A stretch of 32,000 nt of DNA, taken from assembly GCF_000018105.1 (NCBI RefSeq), contig NC_009925.1, positions 1,920,001 to 1,952,000 on the forward strand. Reading direction: 5' to 3'. The position numbers were made by a program, and so were the translations under genes. Positions 8,072-17,062 of the stretch are shown piece after piece. This stretch comes from Acaryochloris marina MBIC11017. Its GTDB lineage: Bacteria; Cyanobacteriota; Cyanobacteriia; Thermosynechococcales; Thermosynechococcaceae. Below the pieces are notes generated by a model, which worked only from the letters and a program-made list of their open reading frames with translations, was not told the DNA's origin and made no database searches. Positions within the stretch are counted from its first letter, which is position 1. Every line of letters begins with the position of its first letter.

Positions 8072-8764
8072 ATGGCCGAAACACCTCTCCAGAGACCCAC
8101 AACAACCGTTGTTTTGGCGATGAGTGCAGACGGCAAAATTGCCGATGCCCAACATTCTCCCCCTGAGTTTGGGTCTGATGAAGATTATGCCCATTTAGAG
8201 CGACAAGTTGCGGCTGCTGATGGCATACTTTTTGGATCGGCCACCCTCAAAGCCGGGGAAACCGCTATGCGAGTGGTGACCCAAGATCTCATTAATGCCC
8301 GTTTAGAGCGAGGCCAGCCCGAGCAGCCTGCCCAAATTGTCTGTACGCGGTCGGGGGATTTAGACCCCAACCTCAAATTCTTCCAACAAGCCGTCCCCCA
8401 TTGGCTAGTGACGACCCAGGCCGGTGGCCAATCCTGGCAAGGGACCTCCCATTTCGAGCAAATTTTCACCTATGGAACAGAAGCCCAATCCATTGATTGG
8501 GGGCAGACATTGGCGTCAATGCCTGCCTTAGGCATTCACAAAATAGCGGTGCTTGGGGGCGGCCAAATTGTGGCCGCCCTTTTAGCAGAAGATCTAATCG
8601 ACGAACTTCACCTAACCGTTTGCCCCCTCTTGATTGGCGGAGCGTCCACTCCTACCCCTGTGGCGGGTCAAGGCTGGCTACAGCAGGATGCACCTGGGTT
8701 AGAGCTGCTTTCTGTTAAGCAAGTTGAGAACGAATTGTTTTTGCACTATCGTCGCCTTCGTTAG
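8072..8764 (+). CDS. RibD C-terminal domain / DHFR-like reductase family protein
   Basis: 230 aa. 'VVLAMSADGKIAD', 'ILFGSATLKAG' and 'VLGGGQIVAALLAEDLIDELHLTVCPLLIGG' are typical of the pyrimidine reductase (RibD_C) fold. Confidence 0.75.
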   Translation: MAETPLQRPTTTVVLAMSADGKIADAQHSPPEFGSDEDYAHLERQVAAADGILFGSATLKAGETAMRVVTQDLINARLERGQPEQPAQIVCTRSGDLDPNLKFFQQAVPHWLVTTQAGGQSWQGTSHFEQIFTYGTEAQSIDWGQTLASMPALGIHKIAVLGGGQIVAALLAEDLIDELHLTVCPLLIGGASTPTPVAGQGWLQQDAPGLELLSVKQVENELFLHYRRLR

Positions 8765-8812
8765 GAAGCGTCTTCTAGCACAATACTCGGGGTCAGGTTT
8801 TGCTAACCACGA

Positions 8813-9139
8813 TTATTCTGAATCAGACTCGTCTTCGTCTGCGTTGGCGGCAGGACCTTCATGCTTAAGAGTCAGGTAGCGAATCACCTGTTCACTGATA
8901 CGCATTTCACGTTCTAATTTTGCGATCGCATGACCCTGACCGTTGTAGTTCATCTGGATATAGACGCCTTCACGGAAATTCTGGATCTCGTATGCCAATC
9001 GACGCTTGCCACGGTGTTGAGTATCAATGTCCTCAACCCCTTGTTCTTTCAGCAGGTCTTGGTATTTATTAATCGCCTGATCCAACTGCTCTTCGCCTAA
9101 GTCTGGGCGCAGAATATACATGGTCTCGTAAGCAGTCAT
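8813..9139 (-). CDS. rpsF: 30S ribosomal protein bS6
   Basis: 108 aa. '[15 protein letters not shown]...' with an acidic C-terminal tail. An AAGGAGAAAA Shine-Dalgarno lies upstream. Confidence 0.95.
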   Translation of the reverse strand: MTAYETMYILRPDLGEEQLDQAINKYQDLLKEQGVEDIDTQHRGKRRLAYEIQNFREGVYIQMNYNGQGHAIAKLEREMRISEQVIRYLTLKHEGPAANADEDESDSE

Positions 9140-9310
9140 TCAATTTTCTCCTTATGGGCTTGAGGCTTCTTCAAGCTAGCTGGCAGTGCTCACAGGGAGC
9201 CACGCACGATCCAACTCTTTAAGAAGCAAGGATCTAGAATTCTAACATTCAATGCCCTGGCAAAAACCATCTTTTACCTATCTGGCACCAAGGAATTTTT
9301 CAGGCAACCC

Positions 9311-10075
9311 CTAACCAGGAGACAGATTTAAATGAGTGGTAATCGACCTGAAACTAGGTTTGGCAAAATAATAGCCTTGAAATAGCTGAATATCCATTTG
9401 CTTGAGAACAGCCAATTCCGCTTCGGTCTCTATACCCTCTGCAATAGGCTCAATCGCTAGCTCACGACAGACTTGAATAATCCCTCTGACAATGGCTTGC
9501 CGACCTTTATCTTGGTCAATATTACGGATTAACGCCATATCCAGCTTAATAAAATCCGGCTGAAAATCAGCTAAAAAGTTCAAGCCAGAATAGCCAGCTC
9601 CAAAGTCATCTAATGCCGTTTTAAATCCTAATTTTTGGTAATGCTCAATGATGGCGCGGACATGAGCATAGTCCTTCACCTTCTCAACTTCCGTTAACTC
9701 AAACAGAATTTTGTTCAACGGAAAATTGCATTGTTTAGCCGTTTCGATCGTAGTACGAATACAAAGATCGGGCTGATAAACGGCATTCGGGAGAAAATTG
9801 ATACTGACCATTGACTGGATTCCCAGCTCAGCCGCTAGCTGAATCGCCCGAACTCGGCAGGCTTGGTCAAAACGATATCGACTTTGATCGGTCACCTGGC
9901 TAAGAATGCTCGCCGCCGACTCATTATTAAGACCACGAACTAGGGCTTCTTGCGCAAAAATAGTGCCGTTCCCCAGGTTCACAATGGGCTGAAACGCCAT
10001 TGTGAAGTCAAACTGCAGTTCAGGCGTACTCAGACACCCAGAACATCCCACTGACAGAGTTTCTTGATCCACCAC
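9311..10075 (-). CDS. Stand-alone EAL-domain protein (putative c-di-GMP phosphodiesterase)
   Basis: 254 aa from GTG at 10075 (alternative ATG at 10000). The catalytic blocks are all present: 'FQPIV', 'QEALVR', 'ELTE', 'DDFGAGYSGLNFL', 'KLD', 'EGIET' and 'QGYYFAKP'. Confidence 0.85.
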   Translation of the reverse strand: MVDQETLSVGCSGCLSTPELQFDFTMAFQPIVNLGNGTIFAQEALVRGLNNESAASILSQVTDQSRYRFDQACRVRAIQLAAELGIQSMVSINFLPNAVYQPDLCIRTTIETAKQCNFPLNKILFELTEVEKVKDYAHVRAIIEHYQKLGFKTALDDFGAGYSGLNFLADFQPDFIKLDMALIRNIDQDKGRQAIVRGIIQVCRELAIEPIAEGIETEAELAVLKQMDIQLFQGYYFAKPSFRSITTHLNLSPG

Positions 10076-10276
10076 GATAGTGTTTTGAAATCACAGATAA
10101 AAAACCGAAGCTACCGCACATGGCTATTGATGTAAGTAGAAATCCATCTCATCCAAATACATGGAATCAAGATCTCAGCGATATGCAGATATAGTTAGTG
10201 TGCCCTAAAAGGACGCACGCACCACATAGAAGCCGTCCACCATATTTCTTTCTCCAGCGTTAGATCACGCAACGAT

Positions 10277-10771
10277 TTAGATCTGCATATTGACCGCATT
10301 TGAAATCGCGGGAATCTCAGCATATTGGCCTTGAACAGTTTTAAATACACTGTAAGCAAACGTTGCGAAAATACCCAAGAAAATAGTGTTAAATAGCGTT
10401 TCAGTCAACAATTCAAGCTGAATTCCCTGACTAATAATCGGTAATACCAAATTGCACACCATTAATATGAGATCGAGCAAAATCGCCTGCAACACATTAA
10501 AGCGAATAAAACGGCTTATATTTTCATTCCGAACAACAGCAAAAAACAATCCCATAAATAGGATCAAGCCAGCAAACGGAATCAGCCGAATAAATTGGGC
10601 ATAGATTTGCACAAACGGAATGATAGGCAATAGGCCAATGCTAGTAATCGTTGGGAATTGGCGCATAATGTACTGGCCATCGCCATAGACAATCGCATCC
10701 ATCAAAGGCAGTAAATAAGGCAGCGCACCGAACACTCGTTCGGACCAAGGGGTTGAATCATCCCAACTCAT
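10277..10771 (-). CDS. Tic20/Ycf60-family membrane protein (paralogue 1)
   Basis: The protein has four hydrophobic segments. 'ALPYLLPLMDA' and 'VVRNENISRFIRFNVLQAILLDL' are typical of cyanobacterial Tic20-like proteins. ATG is at 10771; TTG at 10786 is the ORF-track start. Confidence 0.75.
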   Translation of the reverse strand: MSWDDSTPWSERVFGALPYLLPLMDAIVYGDGQYIMRQFPTITSIGLLPIIPFVQIYAQFIRLIPFAGLILFMGLFFAVVRNENISRFIRFNVLQAILLDLILMVCNLVLPIISQGIQLELLTETLFNTIFLGIFATFAYSVFKTVQGQYAEIPAISNAVNMQI

Positions 10772-10886
10772 TGCATCGTCTCCCAAATTATGGATTCATA
10801 CCGTTTCATCAATGTAACGTATCTCCATTCCTGTTTTGGGAGACGCTACAAAAGACCTAACAATTGGCTAGAACCATAGCCAGAGA

Positions 10887-11402
10887 CTAATCACGGGTTT
10901 GGGCATAAGCTGCATCAGAAAGCAAAGGCACTTCAGCATGATGTCCGCGCAACGATTGCACAACTGAGAACACCACTATACCTAAGGTTCCTAGAAATAA
11001 AACATTGAACAGTACCATGACAAATAGCCCGCCTCCTGGAGTCGCGCTGCTAAATGCACTACCCAAAATCCCCACTAACCGCAGAATCCACAAGATCAGA
11101 GATAAAGAAATACCGAGCATGATTGCCTGCATAGCGTTGTAGCGGATGAGGTGACGGATACGGTTATTCCTAACAACACCAGCGTATAGGCCCATAAAAA
11201 CCAATAGCGGTACAATAGCCAATCCTCCACCTCCCATGTGATAAATGGGCATGAGCAATCCTATAGGGTAAAACAACACTCCTAACAAGGGAAATTGACC
11301 GAATAAAAAAATGCCAAATGGGTACGTATTCAACAAAGGTACTAGAAACGGTAAACAGGACTGAAGCCGCTCTTGTGTTGTTGTTGCTCCACGCCAAGCC
11401 AT
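10887..11402 (-). CDS. Tic20/Ycf60-family membrane protein (paralogue 2)
   Basis: 171 aa. 'CLPFLVPLLN' and 'VVRNNRIRHLIRYNAMQAIMLGI' are clearly homologous to the adjacent gene. Confidence 0.75.
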   Translation of the reverse strand: MAWRGATTTQERLQSCLPFLVPLLNTYPFGIFLFGQFPLLGVLFYPIGLLMPIYHMGGGGLAIVPLLVFMGLYAGVVRNNRIRHLIRYNAMQAIMLGISLSLILWILRLVGILGSAFSSATPGGGLFVMVLFNVLFLGTLGIVVFSVVQSLRGHHAEVPLLSDAAYAQTRD

Positions 11403-11547
11403 ACAAGCCCCTCTTTCAACTGTGGATTATGGATAATCTTCACTCACTATAAGGGATAGTCCCCAATCGCTGAGTTCCCCTGATATTAAGTCCTTGAACA
11501 TCCAGCAACAGCGGTAGGGTGGGTCTACCTGCAGCAAAGCTGCCTCC

Positions 11548-11754
11548 CTATCCTTCCACTTCAGCCACTCGAAATCCCATTTGGCACTGGTATTGCTTCG
11601 GCTGTAACTCAGTTTCTGAAATTTGTTCTAATAAGTGACCACAGCACAATTTATTTTGGTGCCATCGGGGTTGGCCCTGGCGATTGGCCAACAAGCAAGA
11701 CTGACAAACGACTTGAGGCGAGAGTAATTGATCTTCAGTTAGGATGACTAACAT
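11548..11754 (-). CDS. Small Cys-rich hypothetical protein
   Basis: 68 aa from ATG at 11754. It has a CxxC, then CC, then C pattern ('VVCQSCLL...KLCCGHLL...YQCQ'). There is no recognisable family. It is co-oriented with the Tic20 genes. Confidence 0.35.
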   Translation of the reverse strand: MLVILTEDQLLSPQVVCQSCLLANRQGQPRWHQNKLCCGHLLEQISETELQPKQYQCQMGFRVAEVEG

Positions 11755-12052
11755 TATCAACCTCCAGACACTTGGATCAGCTCTAGCACTATTTTAGGCG
11801 ACTCATCTGGGAGTTGTCTGCTGTGAGCTGTTAAGAATTACGCAAAAGGGTGAGCAGAGTCTGTCATTTTCCTCAGCCTATAGTCACCTTGAACCGAGGT
11901 GTTAAGGACGCTTATAGGCGTTAAGATGATTACTTTAAAGATCGTTGTTATCCGTTGGGAAAGCAAGAAAAATACGCAGCACAAGACCTATTCAATGGAT
12001 TGATGCTGTTCGATCGTAGCTTTGTTGACACTGGAAAAGGATAGGCTGTGCC

Positions 12053-13333
12053 ATGCAAACTAGCTTAGATATTTTGACAGAAACCGATCCTGCGATCGCA
12101 GGGATACTACAGCAGGAATTACAACGCCAGCGCGATCATTTAGAGCTGATTGCCAGCGAGAACTTCACCTCAGCAGCAGTCTTGGCCGCGCAAGGGTCGG
12201 TCCTAACCAATAAGTATGCAGAAGGGCTACCTGGCAAGCGGTATTACGGTGGCTGTGAATATATCGATGCGGCCGAACAGCTCGCTATTGATCGAGCCAA
12301 AGAACTATTTGGTGCAGCCCATGTAAATGTCCAGCCTCACTCTGGTGCTCAGGCAAACTTTGCCGTCTTTCTCACCTTGCTGCAGCCAGGCGATACCTTT
12401 ATGGGCATGGATTTGTCCCATGGGGGTCACTTAACCCATGGCTCTCCAGTGAATGTCTCAGGGAAATGGTTCAATGTCGTCCAGTACGGTGTCGATCCAA
12501 ATTCAGAACAACTCAACTACGATACGATTCGCGAGCTAGCCCTTAAGCATCGTCCCAAAATGATTGTCTGTGGATACTCTGCCTATCCTCGCATCATTGA
12601 TTTTGAGAAGTTTCGGGCCATCGCTGATGAGATCGATGCCTATTTAATGGCAGACATTGCCCATATTGCTGGCTTAGTCGCCTCAGGGCATCATCCCAAT
12701 CCACTCCCCTTCTGCGACGTGGTCACCACCACCACGCACAAAACCCTCCGAGGTCCCCGAGGCGGCCTGATCATGACCAAGGATCTTGAGCTGGGTAAAA
12801 AGTTTGATAAATCCGTTTTCCCGGGTACCCAAGGCGGACCGCTAGAACATGTCATTGCGGCTAAAGCCGTGGCCTTCGGCGAAGCCCTCAAGCCTGATTT
12901 CAGAGATTATTGTGGTCATGTGGTTGAGAATGCCCAAACCTTAGCCCAACAACTGCAAGAGCGCGGCTTCAAAATCGTTTCTAACGGTACGGATAATCAC
13001 CTCTTACTGGTTGATTTACGATCTATTGGTATGACCGGAAAGCAGGCCGACCAGCGAGTCAGTCAAGTCAATATCACAGCCAACAAAAACACCGTTCCCT
13101 TCGATCCTGAATCTCCATTTGTCACGAGTGGACTCCGGTTAGGATCTCCTGCCATGACGACTCGGGGCATGGGAACAGCAGAATTTACCGAGATAGCCAA
13201 TATCATTGCGGATTGCCTGCTAAAACCTGAAGATGCTGCTGTAACAGAAGACTGCCGCCAGCGGGTTGCCAATCTTTGTTCACGATTCCCCCTCTATCCT
13301 CATCTCACCAGTCCTGTGCCCGCTTTAACTTAG
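12053..13333 (+). CDS. glyA: Serine hydroxymethyltransferase
   Basis: 426 aa. It has the PLP-lysine block '[14 protein letters not shown]', 'ELIASENF' and '[13 protein letters not shown]'. Confidence 0.97.
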   Translation: MQTSLDILTETDPAIAGILQQELQRQRDHLELIASENFTSAAVLAAQGSVLTNKYAEGLPGKRYYGGCEYIDAAEQLAIDRAKELFGAAHVNVQPHSGAQANFAVFLTLLQPGDTFMGMDLSHGGHLTHGSPVNVSGKWFNVVQYGVDPNSEQLNYDTIRELALKHRPKMIVCGYSAYPRIIDFEKFRAIADEIDAYLMADIAHIAGLVASGHHPNPLPFCDVVTTTTHKTLRGPRGGLIMTKDLELGKKFDKSVFPGTQGGPLEHVIAAKAVAFGEALKPDFRDYCGHVVENAQTLAQQLQERGFKIVSNGTDNHLLLVDLRSIGMTGKQADQRVSQVNITANKNTVPFDPESPFVTSGLRLGSPAMTTRGMGTAEFTEIANIIADCLLKPEDAAVTEDCRQRVANLCSRFPLYPHLTSPVPALT

Positions 13334-13470
13334 CCAGGATCTCCCTTGGTTTGGCAACGTAGCTTGTGTTAATCCCCATTCCTCATGCATGATGTCATTG
13401 TGACAGTTCATTAAGACTGTTTTCTATTCTGCATGGTTTGCTCAATTTTCTTTACGTAGCAGGATCTCGG

Positions 13471-14520
13471 ATGCCTTATCATCTGGTTGCCTTTCTTGTG
13501 GCTGCCCTTGTGGTCCTCTGGAGTACACCAATCGTTAAAAAGATTGGCTTAAAGAGTGGCTATGTAGACATGCCCAACCCCCGTAAAGTCCACAAGCGTC
13601 CAATGGTGCGTTTGGGGGGGATTTCAATTTTCATGGGGACCCAAATTGCCCTACTGATTGTTGCCATTTCCGGTGGATTTGGCGACCTACCGCCCGCCTC
13701 AGCATCCGAAGTTTGGGGGGTGGTTATTGGCGGCATACTATATTTCTTGATTGGTCTGGCCGATGACTTATTTACCTTAACGCCATGGTCGCGGCTATTG
13801 ATGCAGTTTGCGGTGGCCGGAATGGCCTGGGGCGTGGGGGTACGTATCGACTTTGTCACCCTGCCGTTTTCTGACCTTGGACTGATTAATATTGAGTGGT
13901 TCAGCCTGCCCCTCACCTTAGTGTGGTTAGTCGGCATGGCCAATGCTGTCAATTTCATGGATGGCTTAGACGGCTTAGCGGCTGGCATTTCAGGCATTTC
14001 AGCGGTCGTGATGTTGGTAGTCAGCTTGTTTATTGACCAACCGGCAGCAGCCTTATTAGCGGCAGCCCTCGCTGGGGGAGCCTTAGGTTTTCTCCGCTAC
14101 AATTTCAACCCTGCCCAAATCTTTATGGGAGATGGCGGTGCTTATTTTTTAGGGTTTACCCTGGCAGGAATTGGCGTTATTGGCTTAGTGAAAACGGTAA
14201 CGACCGTCGCGGTTGTCTTACCCTTTGTGATTTTGGCAGTCCCCATCTTTGATACATCTACGGTAGTCCTCAATCGGTTACGTCGGGGTAAGTCCCCGTT
14301 TAGTGCCGATAAAGGCCACCTTCACCATCGCCTTCTAGATGCAGGACTTTCTCAGCGACGTAGTGTTCTCCTGATCTATGCCATTGTGTTTTGGGTCGGT
14401 AGCTTAGCCATTGCCATCGCGGGCATCCCAGCAGGTAATGCCTATGCTCTAGGCGCAACGTTACTTCTGTGTTACGCCATCTGGCGAGCTTGGCAGCGGT
14501 TGCAAGAGCCCCGCACTTAA
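13471..14520 (+). CDS. Polyprenyl-phosphate N-acetylhexosamine-1-phosphate transferase, MraY/WecA family (GT4)
   Basis: A polytopic membrane protein with 'GLADDLFTL' (DDxxD-like), 'NAVNFMDGLDGLA' and 'MGDGGAYFLGF'. ATG is at 13471; TTG at 13438 is the alternative. It is WecA/TagO-like rather than MraY by size. Confidence 0.85.
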   Translation: MPYHLVAFLVAALVVLWSTPIVKKIGLKSGYVDMPNPRKVHKRPMVRLGGISIFMGTQIALLIVAISGGFGDLPPASASEVWGVVIGGILYFLIGLADDLFTLTPWSRLLMQFAVAGMAWGVGVRIDFVTLPFSDLGLINIEWFSLPLTLVWLVGMANAVNFMDGLDGLAAGISGISAVVMLVVSLFIDQPAAALLAAALAGGALGFLRYNFNPAQIFMGDGGAYFLGFTLAGIGVIGLVKTVTTVAVVLPFVILAVPIFDTSTVVLNRLRRGKSPFSADKGHLHHRLLDAGLSQRRSVLLIYAIVFWVGSLAIAIAGIPAGNAYALGATLLLCYAIWRAWQRLQEPRT

Positions 14521-14643
14521 TGTAAAAGCGTCAACGACTCACCCAACCCATCGGCGTTCCACAAACATTTCCCTAATCATCTATAAATCCGATTCTTTCT
14601 GCAGACGGTAATGGACTGGAGCAGAGTCGAAGTTGGTAATCGG

Positions 14644-14671
14644 CCAATCTAAAGCCGTGGCTTTAGATTGG
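14644..14671. other. Perfect 12-bp stem / 4-nt loop hairpin in a 270-bp spacer
   Basis: ccaatctaaagc-cgtg-gctttagattgg. It lies 124 nt downstream of the transferase stop and 120 nt upstream of cinA. There is no T-run on either strand. Confidence 0.4.
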
Positions 14672-14790
14672 GTATCAGTAAACACAATGGCCTTAATTGA
14701 CCCAATTGGCACCCAAACCGAGACAGCTCGCCCCATTTACGCTAGAAGTAACGATACAGTATTGAGGATAAGTCAACGAGATAAAAGGGT

Positions 14791-16050
14791 ATGAGCCGAA
14801 GTGCTGAGGTCATTTGCGTGGGGACAGAGCTTCTCCTTGGAGAAGTACTGAACTCAAATGCTCAGTTTTTGGGGCAGGAATTGGCTCGATTGGGTATCGC
14901 TCATTTTCATCAGACCGTGGTGGGAGATAACCCCACTCGCATCAAACGTGCGATCGCACTCGCCTGTCAACGGTCTCAACTCCTGATCTTTACAGGAGGG
15001 CTAGGTCCCACCCCCGATGACCTGACCACAGAAACATTGGCTGATTTCTTCCAAGCTCCACTGGTCAACCATCCCGAAATTTTGGAAGACATTGCCCGTA
15101 AGTTTGCCCAGCGCAACCGAGTGCCGAGTCCTTCCAATGACAAACAAGCTCTACTCCCTGACGGCGCTCAAATCCTTCCAAATCCCATCGGCAGTGCCCC
15201 AGGTATCATTTGGCATCCACGCCCCGAGCTAACCATTTTTACCTTTCCCGGTGTACCCAAAGAGTTTCATCGGATGTGGCAGGAAACCGCCGTGCCCTAT
15301 CTACAATCCACTGGCTGGGTAACCGCCCAAATTTATAGTCGAGTTCTGCGGTTTTGGGGGATTCCCGAATCCACTCTTGCGGACCAGGTTGCTCCCCTCT
15401 TGGCCTTAACCAATCCCACGGTTGCCCCCTACGCCAGCAAAGGACAGGCTCGATTACGAATTTCCACCCGCGCCACCTCCCAAGAGACCGCCCATCAAGT
15501 TATTGCTCCCATCGAACAACAAATTCGGCAGATTTGCGGACTGCACTGCTTTGGGGGCGATGATGAAACGTTGGAATCCGTGGTTGGCAAACTCCTGCAA
15601 CAAAGAGGAGAAACCTTAGCCGTAGCCGAATCCTGTACAGGCGGAGGTCTAGGACAACGAATCACGGGTGTATCGGGCAGTTCAACCTATTTTTTGGGAG
15701 GGGTGATTTCCTACACTAATGCCGCTAAACGAGATTTGCTGAAGGTTAACGCAGCGGATCTCGAACAATACGGAGCCGTAAGTGCAATCGTGGCAGAACA
15801 GATGGCAGCAGGGGTGCGATCTCAACTCCATAGCACCTGGGGCATTAGCATTACTGGCATTGCGGGACCAGACGGTGGCTCCGAAACGAAACCCGTAGGT
15901 CTGGTTTATATCGGTTTGTCCGGGCCACAAGGAACTCAAAGCTTTGAATATCAGATTAGTCCGTTAAGAGGAAGGGACTGGATTCGACAAATGAGTACGT
16001 CCCACGCCCTTGATCGCTTACGTCGCCAACTGCTGGCAGACGAATCATAA
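14791..16050 (+). CDS. cinA: CinA-family competence/damage-inducible protein (MoCF domain + PncC-type NMN amidohydrolase domain)
   Basis: 419 aa. It has the N-terminal 'ICVGTELLLGEVLNSN' and 'TGGLGPTPDDLT', and the C-terminal 'VAESCTGGGLG'. Confidence 0.9.
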   Translation: MSRSAEVICVGTELLLGEVLNSNAQFLGQELARLGIAHFHQTVVGDNPTRIKRAIALACQRSQLLIFTGGLGPTPDDLTTETLADFFQAPLVNHPEILEDIARKFAQRNRVPSPSNDKQALLPDGAQILPNPIGSAPGIIWHPRPELTIFTFPGVPKEFHRMWQETAVPYLQSTGWVTAQIYSRVLRFWGIPESTLADQVAPLLALTNPTVAPYASKGQARLRISTRATSQETAHQVIAPIEQQIRQICGLHCFGGDDETLESVVGKLLQQRGETLAVAESCTGGGLGQRITGVSGSSTYFLGGVISYTNAAKRDLLKVNAADLEQYGAVSAIVAEQMAAGVRSQLHSTWGISITGIAGPDGGSETKPVGLVYIGLSGPQGTQSFEYQISPLRGRDWIRQMSTSHALDRLRRQLLADES

Positions 16051-16230
16051 AATTGCTAACGTATACATCCGGGCTTCCACGCAATTTGGTTACAGAGATC
16101 ACACAATCAATCAGTAAATATGCTACGTTAAAGAAACGTTATAACATTTTTTGTTTTATAACCATCTGTAAAAACAATCATAACGTTTTTCTGATGCGTT
16201 ACAACGTCACTGCGAGGGATTATTTACTCA

Positions 16231-16359
16231 ATGGACTATTTAGATAAAATCATCGAAAAAATCAAGAATTTTGCTCGTAAGCTTGTTGAAGTTCTCGTTG
16301 GTCCGGAAGTTGAGCCTGAACTAGAGATGATCCCTATCCCTGTTCGAGATCGACGCTAG
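16231..16359 (+). CDS. Small protein of 42 aa, uncharacterised (below the ORF-track threshold)
   Basis: Translation from ATG to TAG is MDYLDKIIEKIKNFARKLVEVLVGPEVEPELEMIPIPVRDRR. This gives an amphipathic N-terminal helix and an acidic Pro-rich tail. GAGGG lies 12 nt upstream of the ATG. A stem-loop plus T-run terminator starts 12 nt after the stop. It sits alone in a 449-bp spacer. Confidence 0.55.
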   Translation: MDYLDKIIEKIKNFARKLVEVLVGPEVEPELEMIPIPVRDRR

Positions 16360-16370
16360 CCTTATTTCAC

Positions 16371-16396
16371 TGCTGATTACTGATCAGCATATTTTT
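16371..16396 (+). terminator. Rho-independent terminator of the small ORF
   Basis: Stem tgctgat / atcagca (7 bp), loop tactg, then tattttt. Confidence 0.6.
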
Positions 16397-16499
16397 GATT
16401 CGTTAAACATCTAATTTATCCATCTTGCTGCTACACAGTGTTTATAACCATCATGTTCTGAATATTGTGGCCAACCAGTCTTTTTTTAACTAATTTTCT

Positions 16500-16949
16500 G
16501 TGAGCCGTCCTAGCATTCTGGTCCTGCACGGTCCCAATCTAAATCTGCTCGGCCAGCGTGAGCCTGGTATTTACGGTTCAGTCACCCTAGAAAAAATTAA
16601 TCAGCAACTGCTATCTCTAGCAGAATCGCTGAAATGCAATATTGAATTTTATCAGTCCAACCATGAAGGCAACCTAGTCGATTCCATTCAGGAAGCCTTG
16701 GGTTGTCATAACGGCATTCTCATCAATGCAGCTGCCTATACCCACACTAGTGTTGCGATTCGTGATGCTTTAGCGGCCGTCGCGATTCCCGCCGTCGAAG
16801 TCCATCTCAGTAATATTTATCGGCGCGAAGACTTTCGACACCATTCCTTTATTGCTCCCATCGTAATCGGTCAAATTAGCGGATTCGGTGCCCAGAGCTA
16901 CTCTTTAGGCCTTCAAGCCTTAATTCACCACTTACAAACCCAGACTTAA
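16500..16949 (+). CDS. aroQ: Type II 3-dehydroquinate dehydratase
   Basis: 149 aa with a GTG start. It has '[21 protein letters not shown]', '[11 protein letters not shown]' and '[15 protein letters not shown]'. Confidence 0.95.
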   Translation: MSRPSILVLHGPNLNLLGQREPGIYGSVTLEKINQQLLSLAESLKCNIEFYQSNHEGNLVDSIQEALGCHNGILINAAAYTHTSVAIRDALAAVAIPAVEVHLSNIYRREDFRHHSFIAPIVIGQISGFGAQSYSLGLQALIHHLQTQT

Positions 16950-17062
16950 TCCTGCTCTAGGCAATTCGTTACGAAGTCTAGACTATAATGAACTTTTGTT
17001 GCTGAAATACGGGATTGTCAAGGGAGAATTCCGTGAGCCTGCTGTTGGTATCGGAGTTCTAA

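Noticed and set aside
11761-12052. Riboswitch or leader upstream of glyA (for example ZTP/pfl or THF)
   Set aside because: I could not find the conserved ZTP core elements or any extended conserved-looking structure, only short 4-bp stems. A covariance-model scan would be needed to be certain.
16053-16247. 64-aa ORF directly after cinA
   Set aside because: It has a TTG start, an AT-rich low-complexity product, and overlaps the start of the better-supported 42-codon gene. The region is more plausibly that gene's promoter and operator region.
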